A DNA stretch of 20,000 bases from an uncultured virus (IMG/VR IMGVR_UViG_3300021131_000005) (IMGVR_UViG_3300021131_000005), one strand, 5' to 3'. Shown: positions 1 to 7,324, counted from the first letter of the stretch. Made by a program: numbers and translations. The notes: generated from the letters alone by a model not told the origin.

Positions 1-12
1 AAAATTTTATTT

Positions 13-204
13 ATGCTAAACGTAATACCATTAAATGATTTAAGAGAACATGATGAACAATCAACTTGTGATTGCCGCCCCTCGGTTTATTTTGAAAATG
101 GCGAAATGATTATAGTACATAATTCATTTGATAGGCGTGAAGAAATAGAAGAAGGTGGGATGCAAGATTGTGGGGAACACCCAACATTAAATTTTATAAA
201 ATGA
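13..204 (+). CDS. Conserved small phage protein, putative metal-binding (VIPLNDLREH...CDC.P...HNSFDRRE)
   Basis: ORF track; His/Cys-rich motif resembling a recurring phage hypothetical family; ATGA overlap with the next gene. Confidence 0.7.
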   Translation: MLNVIPLNDLREHDEQSTCDCRPSVYFENGEMIIVHNSFDRREEIEEGGMQDCGEHPTLNFIK

Positions 205-377
205 TTTTAGAAAAATTAAAAATAGGACAAAAAGTTTGGGTTATGGAAGAATTTCCAAAACAACTTATTATCGAAGAAATTGATATTGATAAAAAAGAAG
301 TTTGGTGTGATGATGGGTGGAATCATTCAGCAGATGAAATTTATAGTAGTCAATCTAAATGTAAAAATGATAACTAA
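201..377 (+). CDS. Hypothetical protein (MILEKLKIGQKVWV...)
   Basis: Track ORF 168..377; ATG at 201 overlaps the upstream TGA (ATGA), so 201 is the likelier start. Confidence 0.65.
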   Translation: MILEKLKIGQKVWVMEEFPKQLIIEEIDIDKKEVWCDDGWNHSADEIYSSQSKCKNDN

Positions 378-537
378 ACAACGACTAGACTATCATTTGC
401 GCCAACAATGCACTGCTAAAGATTTAGAGGCTATTTGTTATTTCAATAGGATAATAAAAAATTATAAAAGGATGCTTTTTTTAGAAAAAAGTAGTAATAT
501 TGCAAAGAATAACAAATCAATAGGATTGACAACTTAA
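367..537 (+). CDS. Small protein, paralog of 4610..4747 (LRQQCTAKDLEAICYFNRIIKNYKR core)
   Basis: In-frame ATG at 367 within track ORF 280..537; 25-aa core identical to the minus-strand copy with only synonymous changes. Confidence 0.75.
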   Translation: MITKQRLDYHLRQQCTAKDLEAICYFNRIIKNYKRMLFLEKSSNIAKNNKSIGLTT

Positions 538-546
538 CAATCTACT

Positions 547-579
547 GCCTTGCAATCTCGGAAAATTGCAAGGCTTTTT
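547..579 (+). terminator. Intrinsic terminator
   Basis: GCCTTGCAAT-N8-ATTGCAAGGC followed by TTTTT. Confidence 0.8.
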
Positions 580-592
580 AATTAAATGATTT

Positions 593-772
593 ATGACTTA
601 CAAAGTATTTCTCGAAATAGGCGGACGGAAATTAGCCGTACAAGTAGAAGCGGATAGCGAACTTGAAGCAAGGGAAATAAAAGTTCATAAGGTGGAAGTA
701 GTAAAAGAAAAGACTAATCCTGAAACAGAGGAAATATCATTAGAACACCTTAAAAGCATTTTTGGAATATGA
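593..772 (+). CDS. Hypothetical protein, 59 aa (MTYKVFLEIGGRKLAVQVEADSELEARE...LKSIFGI), not in ORF track
   Basis: Manually translated; fills the gap; ATGA overlap with 769. Confidence 0.75.
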   Translation: MTYKVFLEIGGRKLAVQVEADSELEAREIKVHKVEVVKEKTNPETEEISLEHLKSIFGI

Positions 773-1308
773 GTACATCATTTAACAAGGCATACCCATT
801 ATTGCCACAGTTACCATATAAGAAAACATCTATTGACATGGATAGTGTTATTTCTTATATTAAGACATTAGACGTGCCTTTGGAAGTTAAGAGGGCTACT
901 TATGTTGTAGGGCGCAATGAAAGTGCCAACGGGCATAATGGTGTTTGCTATAACCTAATTGGTTTACAAAGTGATGGCGACAAGTTCCCCAATAAATATA
1001 GCGTTCACTTTGTTGGGTTCTGTATTGAAAAAGAAAATCTTACCTTGAAGCCAAGGGGGTTTTTATGTTTTGATAAATGGCAGTCTTCTTTTGATATTTT
1101 GTCAGATGAAATACTTAATAGAGGTTTATATGTTGGCGGTAAACTTCACGAACCTATGTATTGCAGCTTTACAGATGTTACCGAAGCTAATTTTTGCCAA
1201 GCCTACGAAGACTTATGGGTGTACGGAAATAAGGACTACAAGCCTACTAAAATAGAAGTTTCCGAATTTACCTCAATGTACAATCAAGCTAAGAAAATAT
1301 TTGCATAA
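769..1308 (+). CDS. Lysozyme-fold / glucosaminidase (GH73/FlgJ-like) peptidoglycan hydrolase, possible endolysin
   Basis: RNESANG (catalytic E-S), YNLIGLQ (NxxG motif), F.CFDKWQSSFD segment resembling F..F.S..ES in GH73 enzymes. Confidence 0.55.
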   Translation: MSTSFNKAYPLLPQLPYKKTSIDMDSVISYIKTLDVPLEVKRATYVVGRNESANGHNGVCYNLIGLQSDGDKFPNKYSVHFVGFCIEKENLTLKPRGFLCFDKWQSSFDILSDEILNRGLYVGGKLHEPMYCSFTDVTEANFCQAYEDLWVYGNKDYKPTKIEVSEFTSMYNQAKKIFA

Positions 1309-2594
1309 TGCCAACAGAAGCCCCAAATTTTGAGCCGTTAAAGAAGATTGATACAACAGAAAAAATTAAGGTAAGGAAAGTTGACGAAATTAAAGACTAC
1401 ATAGTTGAGCATCAAAATGAATCCGAGGAAAGTATAGCTGCTAAATTTAAGTCAACGGTTAACTATATTAAAAATGCTAAGACAGAATTAAGAAAAGAAG
1501 GTAAAATACCAAAACTTGAAGAAGGATGGCGACAAAAACCAACACCCGAAGAAAAGCACAAAGCACTATATGAAGAATGCGAAAATGTAGGTTTACCTAA
1601 AGAAAGGGTGACGCATTATTGGTGGAAAACGGATGATGCCTCTATATTTGTTAAGTGCGAACAAACACAAGAAAGCGATATTTTAAAGTCAATAGAGAAC
1701 ATTATAACCGAAAGATTAACCACTAGAATAACAATACCTACAACGCCAAATGAGACTTGCAAAAAAGCCATAAAAGTAACCATATCAGATGCTCACGTTG
1801 GACTAGACCCAAACCCCAACGGTTACGGAATTTACAACTACAAATATAACGCAGATATATTCTTTCAGAACTTAGAAAGTGTTTATCAATCCGTTATTGC
1901 AAAGCATAATCAGTTTGGCAAATTCGATACTTTATTTATAGATGACTTAGGGGACGGTTTGGATGGTTGGAACGGATTAACTACTAGGGGCGGTCACGAC
2001 TTGCCACAAAATATGTCTAACGTTGATGCATTTAAGACATTTGTTAAAGGTAAACTAAACCTAATCGAAAGGTTAATAGCGGCAAACGTATCTGATAGTA
2101 TAGAGTGTCACAATGTTTCAAATGACAATCATAGCGGGGATTTTGCCCGTATTGCAAATGAAACTATCAAAATGGTATTAGATAGAATTTACGGTGAGGG
2201 TCAAATAGGATTTAAGATATTAAATAAGTTTGTAGAACATTTTTATTACGGCGACCATTGTTTTATCTATACTCATGGGAAGGACGAAAAGCAAAGGGTT
2301 AAAAATTTATCATTAGACCTTACCCCAACTATTATAGAATTTTTCAGAGGGTACATTGACTATTACGGAATTAACTCAAAATTCATTCATGTAGATAAAG
2401 GGGATTTGCACCAGCTAGGATATAAGCGTTGTAATAAGTTTGATTATCGCAATTATATGTCATTTGCGCCGCCGTCCTTTCATAGTAGTCACAACTACAA
2501 CGGCTCATATAGCGGCTATTCAATACAGGTTATAGATAAGCATTCAGCAACGGTAAGCCACGAAGATTATTTTTTTGATTTAACTAAATTGTGA
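1308..2594 (+). CDS. Calcineurin-like metallophosphoesterase with N-terminal HTH-like extension
   Basis: Motifs in order: ISDAHVG (DxH), DLGDGLDG (GDxxD), NDNH (GNH-like), THG, GDLH (GHxH-like); N-terminal IAAKFKSTVNYIKN HTH-like helix pair. Confidence 0.8.
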   Translation: MPTEAPNFEPLKKIDTTEKIKVRKVDEIKDYIVEHQNESEESIAAKFKSTVNYIKNAKTELRKEGKIPKLEEGWRQKPTPEEKHKALYEECENVGLPKERVTHYWWKTDDASIFVKCEQTQESDILKSIENIITERLTTRITIPTTPNETCKKAIKVTISDAHVGLDPNPNGYGIYNYKYNADIFFQNLESVYQSVIAKHNQFGKFDTLFIDDLGDGLDGWNGLTTRGGHDLPQNMSNVDAFKTFVKGKLNLIERLIAANVSDSIECHNVSNDNHSGDFARIANETIKMVLDRIYGEGQIGFKILNKFVEHFYYGDHCFIYTHGKDEKQRVKNLSLDLTPTIIEFFRGYIDYYGINSKFIHVDKGDLHQLGYKRCNKFDYRNYMSFAPPSFHSSHNYNGSYSGYSIQVIDKHSATVSHEDYFFDLTKL

Positions 2595-2597
2595 AAC

Positions 2598-3014
2598 ATG
2601 ACAAAAAAAACATACTTACTACTAGACGACATACGAAGCCCGTTTGATGTGTTCTTATATACTTTCAAACTAAAGTATCTTTTTAGAAAATGGCTAGTAG
2701 TAAGGAATTATAATGATTTGACTACTTATATACTAAACTATGGTATGCCTTACTTTATTTCTTTCGACCATGATTTACATCCATCCCATTATACACCAAA
2801 AGAGTATTGGAATGATTACGGTTTAAGTAAACGGTGGCAAGAATCACAGCCTAAGATAGAACCAAACGGCGAAGATTGCGCAAAATTTATAAAAGCAAGA
2901 ATGCTTTATAGTAATTGGGAAAATAACGGAATGGTTAAACCTAAATTCTACGTTCATTCTAAAAACCCAGTAGGTAGGGATAAAATTATTAATGTATTAA
3001 AAGATTTGAAATGA
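2598..3014 (+). CDS. Receiver-like domain protein (cyclic-phosphate-processing REC type)
   Basis: LLLDDIR.P, W.VVRNY, ISFDHDL, G.DCAKF, VHSKNPVGR..I match the phage stand-alone REC-like family. Confidence 0.75.
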   Translation: MTKKTYLLLDDIRSPFDVFLYTFKLKYLFRKWLVVRNYNDLTTYILNYGMPYFISFDHDLHPSHYTPKEYWNDYGLSKRWQESQPKIEPNGEDCAKFIKARMLYSNWENNGMVKPKFYVHSKNPVGRDKIINVLKDLK

Positions 3015-3214
3015 CCACAACAAAAGCAGAACAACTATTAGTATCAACGGGTTACGATTTATTCGGCTCGAATGATGACGTAAAGAAGATAATGGAAGCC
3101 ATGAAGCAAGCTATGGAAATAGGCTATGATAGCGGCGTAAAGATGTCGGCTATTAGCAAGGATGCTTTATTGAAACAATATTTTGAGGACACTTTTAATA
3201 TTGAGGACGAATGA
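3011..3214 (+). CDS. Hypothetical protein
   Basis: ORF track; ATGA overlap with the upstream gene. Confidence 0.65.
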   Translation: MTTTKAEQLLVSTGYDLFGSNDDVKKIMEAMKQAMEIGYDSGVKMSAISKDALLKQYFEDTFNIEDE

Positions 3215-3441
3215 AGGAAAATAGCAAAAGAAAGGGCAGCTAAATTGATGTTGTTGCCATAGTAACCGTTCACTATCTACTACACAATTCGTAGTTAATC
3301 ACAAATGGTTACTTTTCTATTTTTACCTACTATTTTCATAGCAATTTGCGAAGTGCGAATATAAATACGCTTATTATCAGTAAAGGCTTAAAGTGAAAAT
3401 TTGTCGAGTAAACTGTGTAATTTACTTTAAATTTTGATAAT

Positions 3442-3463
3442 AAAAAAAGCCCGCAGAACGGGC
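3442..3463 (-). terminator. Intrinsic terminator (minus strand)
   Basis: Minus strand GCCCG-TTCTG-CGGGC followed by T7. Confidence 0.75.
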
Positions 3464-3496
3464 AAAGGATATACACAGAGGTAGTCCGAAGTGTCA

Positions 3497-3529
3497 CAAA
3501 AATACACTAAATTTGTGACATGAAACAAA
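3497..3529 (-). promoter_or_regulatory. Bacteroidota housekeeping-sigma promoter (minus strand)
   Basis: TTTG (3529-3526)-N21-TATTTTTG (3504-3497), matching the TTTG-N19-21-TAnnTTTG consensus. Confidence 0.5.
3508..3515 (+). promoter_or_regulatory. -7 promoter element for a near-leaderless nuclease mRNA
   Basis: TAAATTTG ends 4 nt before the ATG at 3520. Confidence 0.5.
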
Positions 3530-4125
3530 CATTACTTTTTTTCAGTTGGTTACTAATTGTAGCCAACTCGTGGGGGCAAACAATAGACACTGTAATTCAC
3601 GCCCCGAACTATACAAGCTATTACAGCTACAAACTACACAACCCCATATTCGTTGTTTACAAGCTATATAAAGGCGGCGGTTCGTGTTCTAGGGTAAAGG
3701 ATAGGTTTATTAGTGATAACCTTCCTAATAGTGCCACAGCGTCCGATTATGCAGGTAGTGGGTATGATGAGGGTCACGAATGCAACTCGGCGGACTTCGC
3801 TTATGACTGCAAATTACAAGAAGCTACATTTAGGTTTTATAATTGCACGCCTCAAACACCAGCATTGAATAGAGGTTGTTGGAAGCATATAGAAACAACG
3901 GTAAGAAAGGAAAGCCAAACTGATAGTTTACTAATCATTTGCGGCAATATCTTTGGCAGTAAAACTATTGGCAAAGGTGTTGCAGTACCGTCTTATTGTT
4001 TCAAAATCGTATATCGCAAAGGTGAGGTTATTCATAGCTTATTATTTCCCAATGATAACAGCCGGTCATTTAGAACTGTCAGCGTAGATAGTCTTAGGGG
4101 ATTGTATAAGTTTGCGCCGTTTTAA
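3520..4125 (+). CDS. Secreted DNA/RNA non-specific endonuclease (beta-beta-alpha-Me, NucA/Serratia type)
   Basis: Signal peptide MKQTLLFFSWLLIVANSWGQ; DYAGSGYDEGH (DRGH variant); NCTPQ...LNRGCWKHIE (NxxPQ...N...W...E); VAVPSYCFKIV. Confidence 0.9.
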   Translation: MKQTLLFFSWLLIVANSWGQTIDTVIHAPNYTSYYSYKLHNPIFVVYKLYKGGGSCSRVKDRFISDNLPNSATASDYAGSGYDEGHECNSADFAYDCKLQEATFRFYNCTPQTPALNRGCWKHIETTVRKESQTDSLLIICGNIFGSKTIGKGVAVPSYCFKIVYRKGEVIHSLLFPNDNSRSFRTVSVDSLRGLYKFAPF

Positions 4126-4295
4126 AGTTCATCAGGGGGTTTAATGCGTTCGCTTATTTGTTCAAAATGAAACTCGTTTAATTCTAAATAAGAGGGGTTT
4201 TTAAATATTTTCCTTTTAGCATCATATTTAAACATTTCCCAATCTCTATTTTGTTCTTTTACTTTGCACCAGTAATATCCGCTTTCTCTTTTCAT
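4122..4295 (-). CDS. Hypothetical protein, 57 aa (MKRESGYYWCKVK...), not in ORF track
   Basis: Manual translation; GYYW N-terminus common in small phage proteins; stop overlaps the nuclease stop (TTAA). Confidence 0.65.
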   Translation of the reverse strand: MKRESGYYWCKVKEQNRDWEMFKYDAKRKIFKNPSYLELNEFHFEQISERIKPPDEL

Positions 4296-4297
4296 AA

Positions 4298-4423
4298 TTA
4301 ATGTATTGAAACGTGATTAACAATAAAGCACCAAATCAAATAAATAACATAAATACATACAGCCATTATTACCATTATTTTAAAGAATCCTTTTAATAAC
4401 TCAATTAACATTTGGTCAAACAT
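4298..4423 (-). CDS. Small membrane peptide, 41 aa (MFDQMLIELLKGFFKIMVIMAVCIYVIYLIWCFIV...)
   Basis: Manual translation; single hydrophobic helix; fills the operon gap exactly. Confidence 0.55.
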   Translation of the reverse strand: MFDQMLIELLKGFFKIMVIMAVCIYVIYLIWCFIVNHVSIH

Positions 4424-4424
4424 A

Positions 4425-4613
4425 TTACTTCTTTAATTGTCTTAAATTATTTTCTCTTTGTTCTCTTTTTAATCTCTCACTAAAAGTTTCTTTACCTTGT
4501 TTACGTCTAATTTTTCTATTAGAAATGTTTATATCATTTCCTGATTGTGCAGCTTTTTTACTAAATTGAAACATAGCATCGTATATTTCAGCATCTTCTT
4601 TACTATAACTCAT
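4425..4613 (-). CDS. Hypothetical basic protein
   Basis: ORF track; coupled to its neighbours. Confidence 0.6.
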   Translation of the reverse strand: MSYSKEDAEIYDAMFQFSKKAAQSGNDINISNRKIRRKQGKETFSERLKREQRENNLRQLKK

Positions 4614-4747
4614 AATTTTTCTAATTTAAGGATTCGTTTATAATTTTTTATTATCCTATTAAAATAACAAATAGCTTCTAAGTCTTTAGCAGTACATTGT
4701 TGCCTAAGATTGTAATCTGGTCGTTTTATTTCTTTTTTCTTCTTCAT
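4610..4747 (-). CDS. Small protein, 45 aa (MKKKKEIKRPDYNLRQQCTAKDLEAICYFNRIIKNYKRILKLEKL), paralog of 367..537; not in ORF track
   Basis: Manual translation; ATGA overlap with 4613; homology to 367..537. Confidence 0.75.
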   Translation of the reverse strand: MKKKKEIKRPDYNLRQQCTAKDLEAICYFNRIIKNYKRILKLEKL

Positions 4748-5123
4748 AAAACTGTTCTAAAATATAAGAATGTCCATTTTCTCTAAGATAAGACTTTAAT
4801 TTTTCGTAATCATTATTATTTTGTAAGTCTGCAATTAAAATATTTGTTTTTTTAACTAATGATTTATTTTCAAGAAGTTTATTTTGCAACTGTTTTTTCT
4901 TCCACAAAGGTGTTTGTGGTGAATTATATTGAGCAGCCATTAAATCACGTTCTTCCTTTAGTTTATTACCAATAGAACTTATGTGATATTCTAAATCATT
5001 AGATACGCCTATTTTTATTATAGTAGATATTTCGGTAGGATTAAAATATCTTCTTTCACAAATAGACTTTGATAACCTATCTGCCATTTCATTTATACTT
5101 TCTGCTATTGTTCTTAATTTCAT
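4704..5123 (-). CDS. Hypothetical coiled-coil protein
   Basis: ORF track, 139 aa. Confidence 0.7.
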   Translation of the reverse strand: MKLRTIAESINEMADRLSKSICERRYFNPTEISTIIKIGVSNDLEYHISSIGNKLKEERDLMAAQYNSPQTPLWKKKQLQNKLLENKSLVKKTNILIADLQNNNDYEKLKSYLRENGHSYILEQFYEEEKRNKTTRLQS

Positions 5124-5126
5124 ACT

Positions 5127-5243
5127 TCACTCTTTTATAATTGCCAAAATAATAACCCCTATTGCAAATAACCATAAATGATTAAATCTTGCACCAATGG
5201 ATAGGCACAATATACCTATCCAAAATCTTAGCCATGTTTTCAT
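5127..5243 (-). CDS. Small membrane peptide, 38 aa (MKTWLRFWIGILCLSIGARFNHLWLFAIGVIILAIIKE)
   Basis: Manual translation; ATGA overlap with 5240; two short hydrophobic stretches. Confidence 0.5.
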   Translation of the reverse strand: MKTWLRFWIGILCLSIGARFNHLWLFAIGVIILAIIKE

Positions 5244-5476
5244 TTGCAGTAAGTTTCGTTGTAGTATTGTTCGCCGAAAGTTGTTTCAGTTCCATGAATA
5301 CCTATTTCAATATCGTTTGATATTAAAATGTTTTTGTGAACATTAGCAGCGTCTATAATCTGTTTGCGTTCAATTTCTAAACACTTTTCTTTCAATCCTT
5401 TATAAAACTGAAATGTCTCTATTGTCATTTGTCTTTCTAGTTCTTCGCAAAACATTTGTAAAGCTGTCTTTTCCAT
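5240..5476 (-). CDS. Conserved small phage protein (KTA...E.E..QIIDA...EQYYNETY family)
   Basis: Motif pattern recurrent in Bacteroidota phage hypotheticals. Confidence 0.75.
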   Translation of the reverse strand: MEKTALQMFCEELERQMTIETFQFYKGLKEKCLEIERKQIIDAANVHKNILISNDIEIGIHGTETTFGEQYYNETYCK

Positions 5477-5478
5477 AA

Positions 5479-5730
5479 TTACATTTGTTTAAGGTGTTCG
5501 AGAATTTGTTGATAATGCTTAACATCACTTACGAAAAAATCCGTATCATAAATGTGTTCTGTGTATGGTTTAGCATAGTTTATTATCGCTTCCACTTCCG
5601 TTATGGCGCATTGGATAGCAGATTTAAAAGCTATACCGCCTTTAAATAAATCCCCGTTAGTGTCAAATATCATAATACTTTTTGAGTACCAATTTTCCAC
5701 TATCTCTAATGCTTGTTGTTCAATTGTCAT
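5479..5730 (-). CDS. Conserved small phage protein (A..CA...V.AII...YQQI family)
   Basis: ORF track; recurrent phage motif. Confidence 0.7.
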   Translation of the reverse strand: MTIEQQALEIVENWYSKSIMIFDTNGDLFKGGIAFKSAIQCAITEVEAIINYAKPYTEHIYDTDFFVSDVKHYQQILEHLKQM

Positions 5731-5732
5731 AA

Positions 5733-5933
5733 TTAATAACGTTTAGTTTTAATTGGGTTATCAAATGGGCTTCTTTGCCACCTTTCCATAAGTTCAGCAT
5801 AAACCCAATGTCTGCACTTGACCACTCGTTTGAGGCGTGACCCAAGTTTATTTCCTTTAGTCTTACTTTTACCCCATTTCAACCTTAACGATATTTCATC
5901 GTATAAGTCTATTCTATTTCTTACTTTTCCCAT
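5733..5933 (-). CDS. Hypothetical basic protein
   Basis: ORF track. Confidence 0.55.
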   Translation of the reverse strand: MGKVRNRIDLYDEISLRLKWGKSKTKGNKLGSRLKRVVKCRHWVYAELMERWQRSPFDNPIKTKRY

Positions 5934-6300
5934 TTTACTTCAATTTCTTTGTTAAAAAATAGCCTTATAAGCTGTTGTAGTTGGTGAAGGTATAAAACTC
6001 TACTAGGGTGCATAGGGTAACCCCAAGGACAACATTGAAATATTTTTTTATCTTCTATCCAATCCATTAAAATGTACTCATAGCAATACATTTCTTTAGT
6101 TCTACCATCTGAATGGGTTTGCATTACTTCTTTATAAACCCCTCTATCCTTTCCATAAGTTCTGGTGAAAGAGGAATAAATTGTATATTGCCAGTAAAAG
6201 CAGGATTATTTTCTAAGCTAAGAATAGTATTTGCATTTACTTTTGTTTGTATGCCATTTCTCAGAACACAATCCCCAACCATCAAGTTTAAGTTAGTCAT
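5921..6300 (-). pseudogene. Frameshift-split gene (N-half 6300..6124 MTNLNLMVGDCV...IPLSPELMERIEGF; C-half 6124..5921 ...YLHQLQQLIRLFFNKEI)
   Basis: The halves together resemble the single-chain phage family L.IG..V...IPL..E.L...GF...LHQLQNL; one extra A at 6131-6133 (minus) fuses them. Confidence 0.55.
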
Positions 6301-6445
6301 GTTTAGTATTTTTAAATTGTGATAAATATACTCTTACCTGCCTTTTTCCACTACGCCTAAGTTTCATGTTAGTTATCCTAAGTCGCCACCTAAGACGTGA
6401 ACATTTATATTCTTCATTTGAAGGCACACTACATTTCCACATCAT
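6293..6445 (-). CDS. Possible basic 50-aa protein (MMWKCSVPSNEEYKCSRLRWRLR...)
   Basis: Manual translation; fills the gap between genes. Confidence 0.4.
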   Translation of the reverse strand: MMWKCSVPSNEEYKCSRLRWRLRITNMKLRRSGKRQVRVYLSQFKNTKHD

Positions 6446-6446
6446 T

Positions 6447-6743
6447 CTATAATTTAATTGTTATTGGATAGGATAAATAATCTTTTAGCCTTTCTTCACG
6501 CTTTATCAAGTCGTAATTTTTACCACTACAAAAACCTTTACTAAAAGCATCCTCAACAATAGGTGTTAGGGGTGTGGTGTTAGATTTAAGCTGTTCAAGA
6601 GCTTGTATTCTACATTTCCAACCTTGGGCATATTCAGGTAAACTATTTTCTAAATGAACCTTTAATGATGCTATTTCATTTTCCAACCATCCCCTACTGA
6701 TAACTATCCCATCTTCGGGAAGGATTTGTTTAGTGTTGTTCAT
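6447..6743 (-). CDS. Hypothetical protein, paralog of 7837..8040
   Basis: MNNTKQILPEDGIVISRGWLE vs MSNTKQILPSDGLVISREWLE. Confidence 0.75.
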   Translation of the reverse strand: MNNTKQILPEDGIVISRGWLENEIASLKVHLENSLPEYAQGWKCRIQALEQLKSNTTPLTPIVEDAFSKGFCSGKNYDLIKREERLKDYLSYPITIKL

Positions 6744-6753
6744 TAGTTATTGT

Positions 6754-7014
6754 TTAAATTTTAGAGAATAATGTTTCTAATCTATGAATTTCACCCATAA
6801 TAAGAATTTTTCTTTGATTGTAAAAAAACTCTACTTGTGATTTAGTTAGGTATAATTTTGTTTGATTTTCTGATTTATAACTACCGCTAACAGTAATATT
6901 TATTTCGTAATAATTTCTCAATACAATATTTTTTTCTAAATCATTAAGCTCTCTTTTAGCTTAAATTATTTTATCTTGTAATTTTTTACCTTCGATTAAC
7001 TGTTCTTTTGTCAT
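6754..7014 (-). pseudogene. 87-codon gene interrupted by an in-frame TAA at 6963-6961 (MTKEQLIEGKKLQDKII*AKRELNDLEK...IHRLETLFSKI)
   Basis: Manual translation; frame stays open after the stop; MTKEQ...I..LE..F..I pattern typical of small phage coiled-coil proteins. Confidence 0.65.
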
Positions 7015-7063
7015 TTTTCTTCAATTTTATTGTTAACGGGATACCCCAAGTCGGGGCGTTTGC

Positions 7064-7324
7064 TCAATTCCATTTGAATGGGTTTCTAATATCAGATTCT
7101 TTCCAAACACCAACAAAGCCAAACATTAAAATGCCTAAAATTAAAATAAAGATTAAAGCTATATATGATAGTGGGTTATAAGGGTTAAGTCTATGTGCTT
7201 CCCAAAACCCACGCCCTAATCTTTTCAATCCCTTTTTATGTCTTTCTTCGTTAGACACTATCTGTATAATGCGTAAACTAATTAATATCTTTCTCATTAA
7301 TATTCTGCTTTTAAAGTTTCCCAT
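7064..7324 (-). CDS. Membrane protein (RLNPYNPLSY + TM helix)
   Basis: ORF track; likely real start is the internal ATG (MRKILISL) at 7297 overlapping the upstream stop. Confidence 0.7.
   Translation of the reverse strand: MGNFKSRILMRKILISLRIIQIVSNEERHKKGLKRLGRGFWEAHRLNPYNPLSYIALIFILILGILMFGFVGVWKESDIRNPFKWN

Noticed and set aside
495..545. Possible promoter TAATATTG plus weak hairpin ahead of the 547 terminator (second sRNA)
   Set aside because: Mismatch to TAnnTTTG, weak stem, and it lies within the 367..537 ORF; the terminator is explained by the upstream genes
1070..1255. Alternative-frame ORF inside the hydrolase gene
   Set aside because: Fully nested in a better-supported CDS; no motif or leader
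367..4747. Diversity-generating retroelement TR/VR explanation for the duplicated segment
   Set aside because: Differences are synonymous and not adenine-specific; no reverse transcriptase in the window
6113..6322. Plus-strand 69-aa ORF
   Set aside because: Antisense shadow of the minus-strand gene 6300..6124
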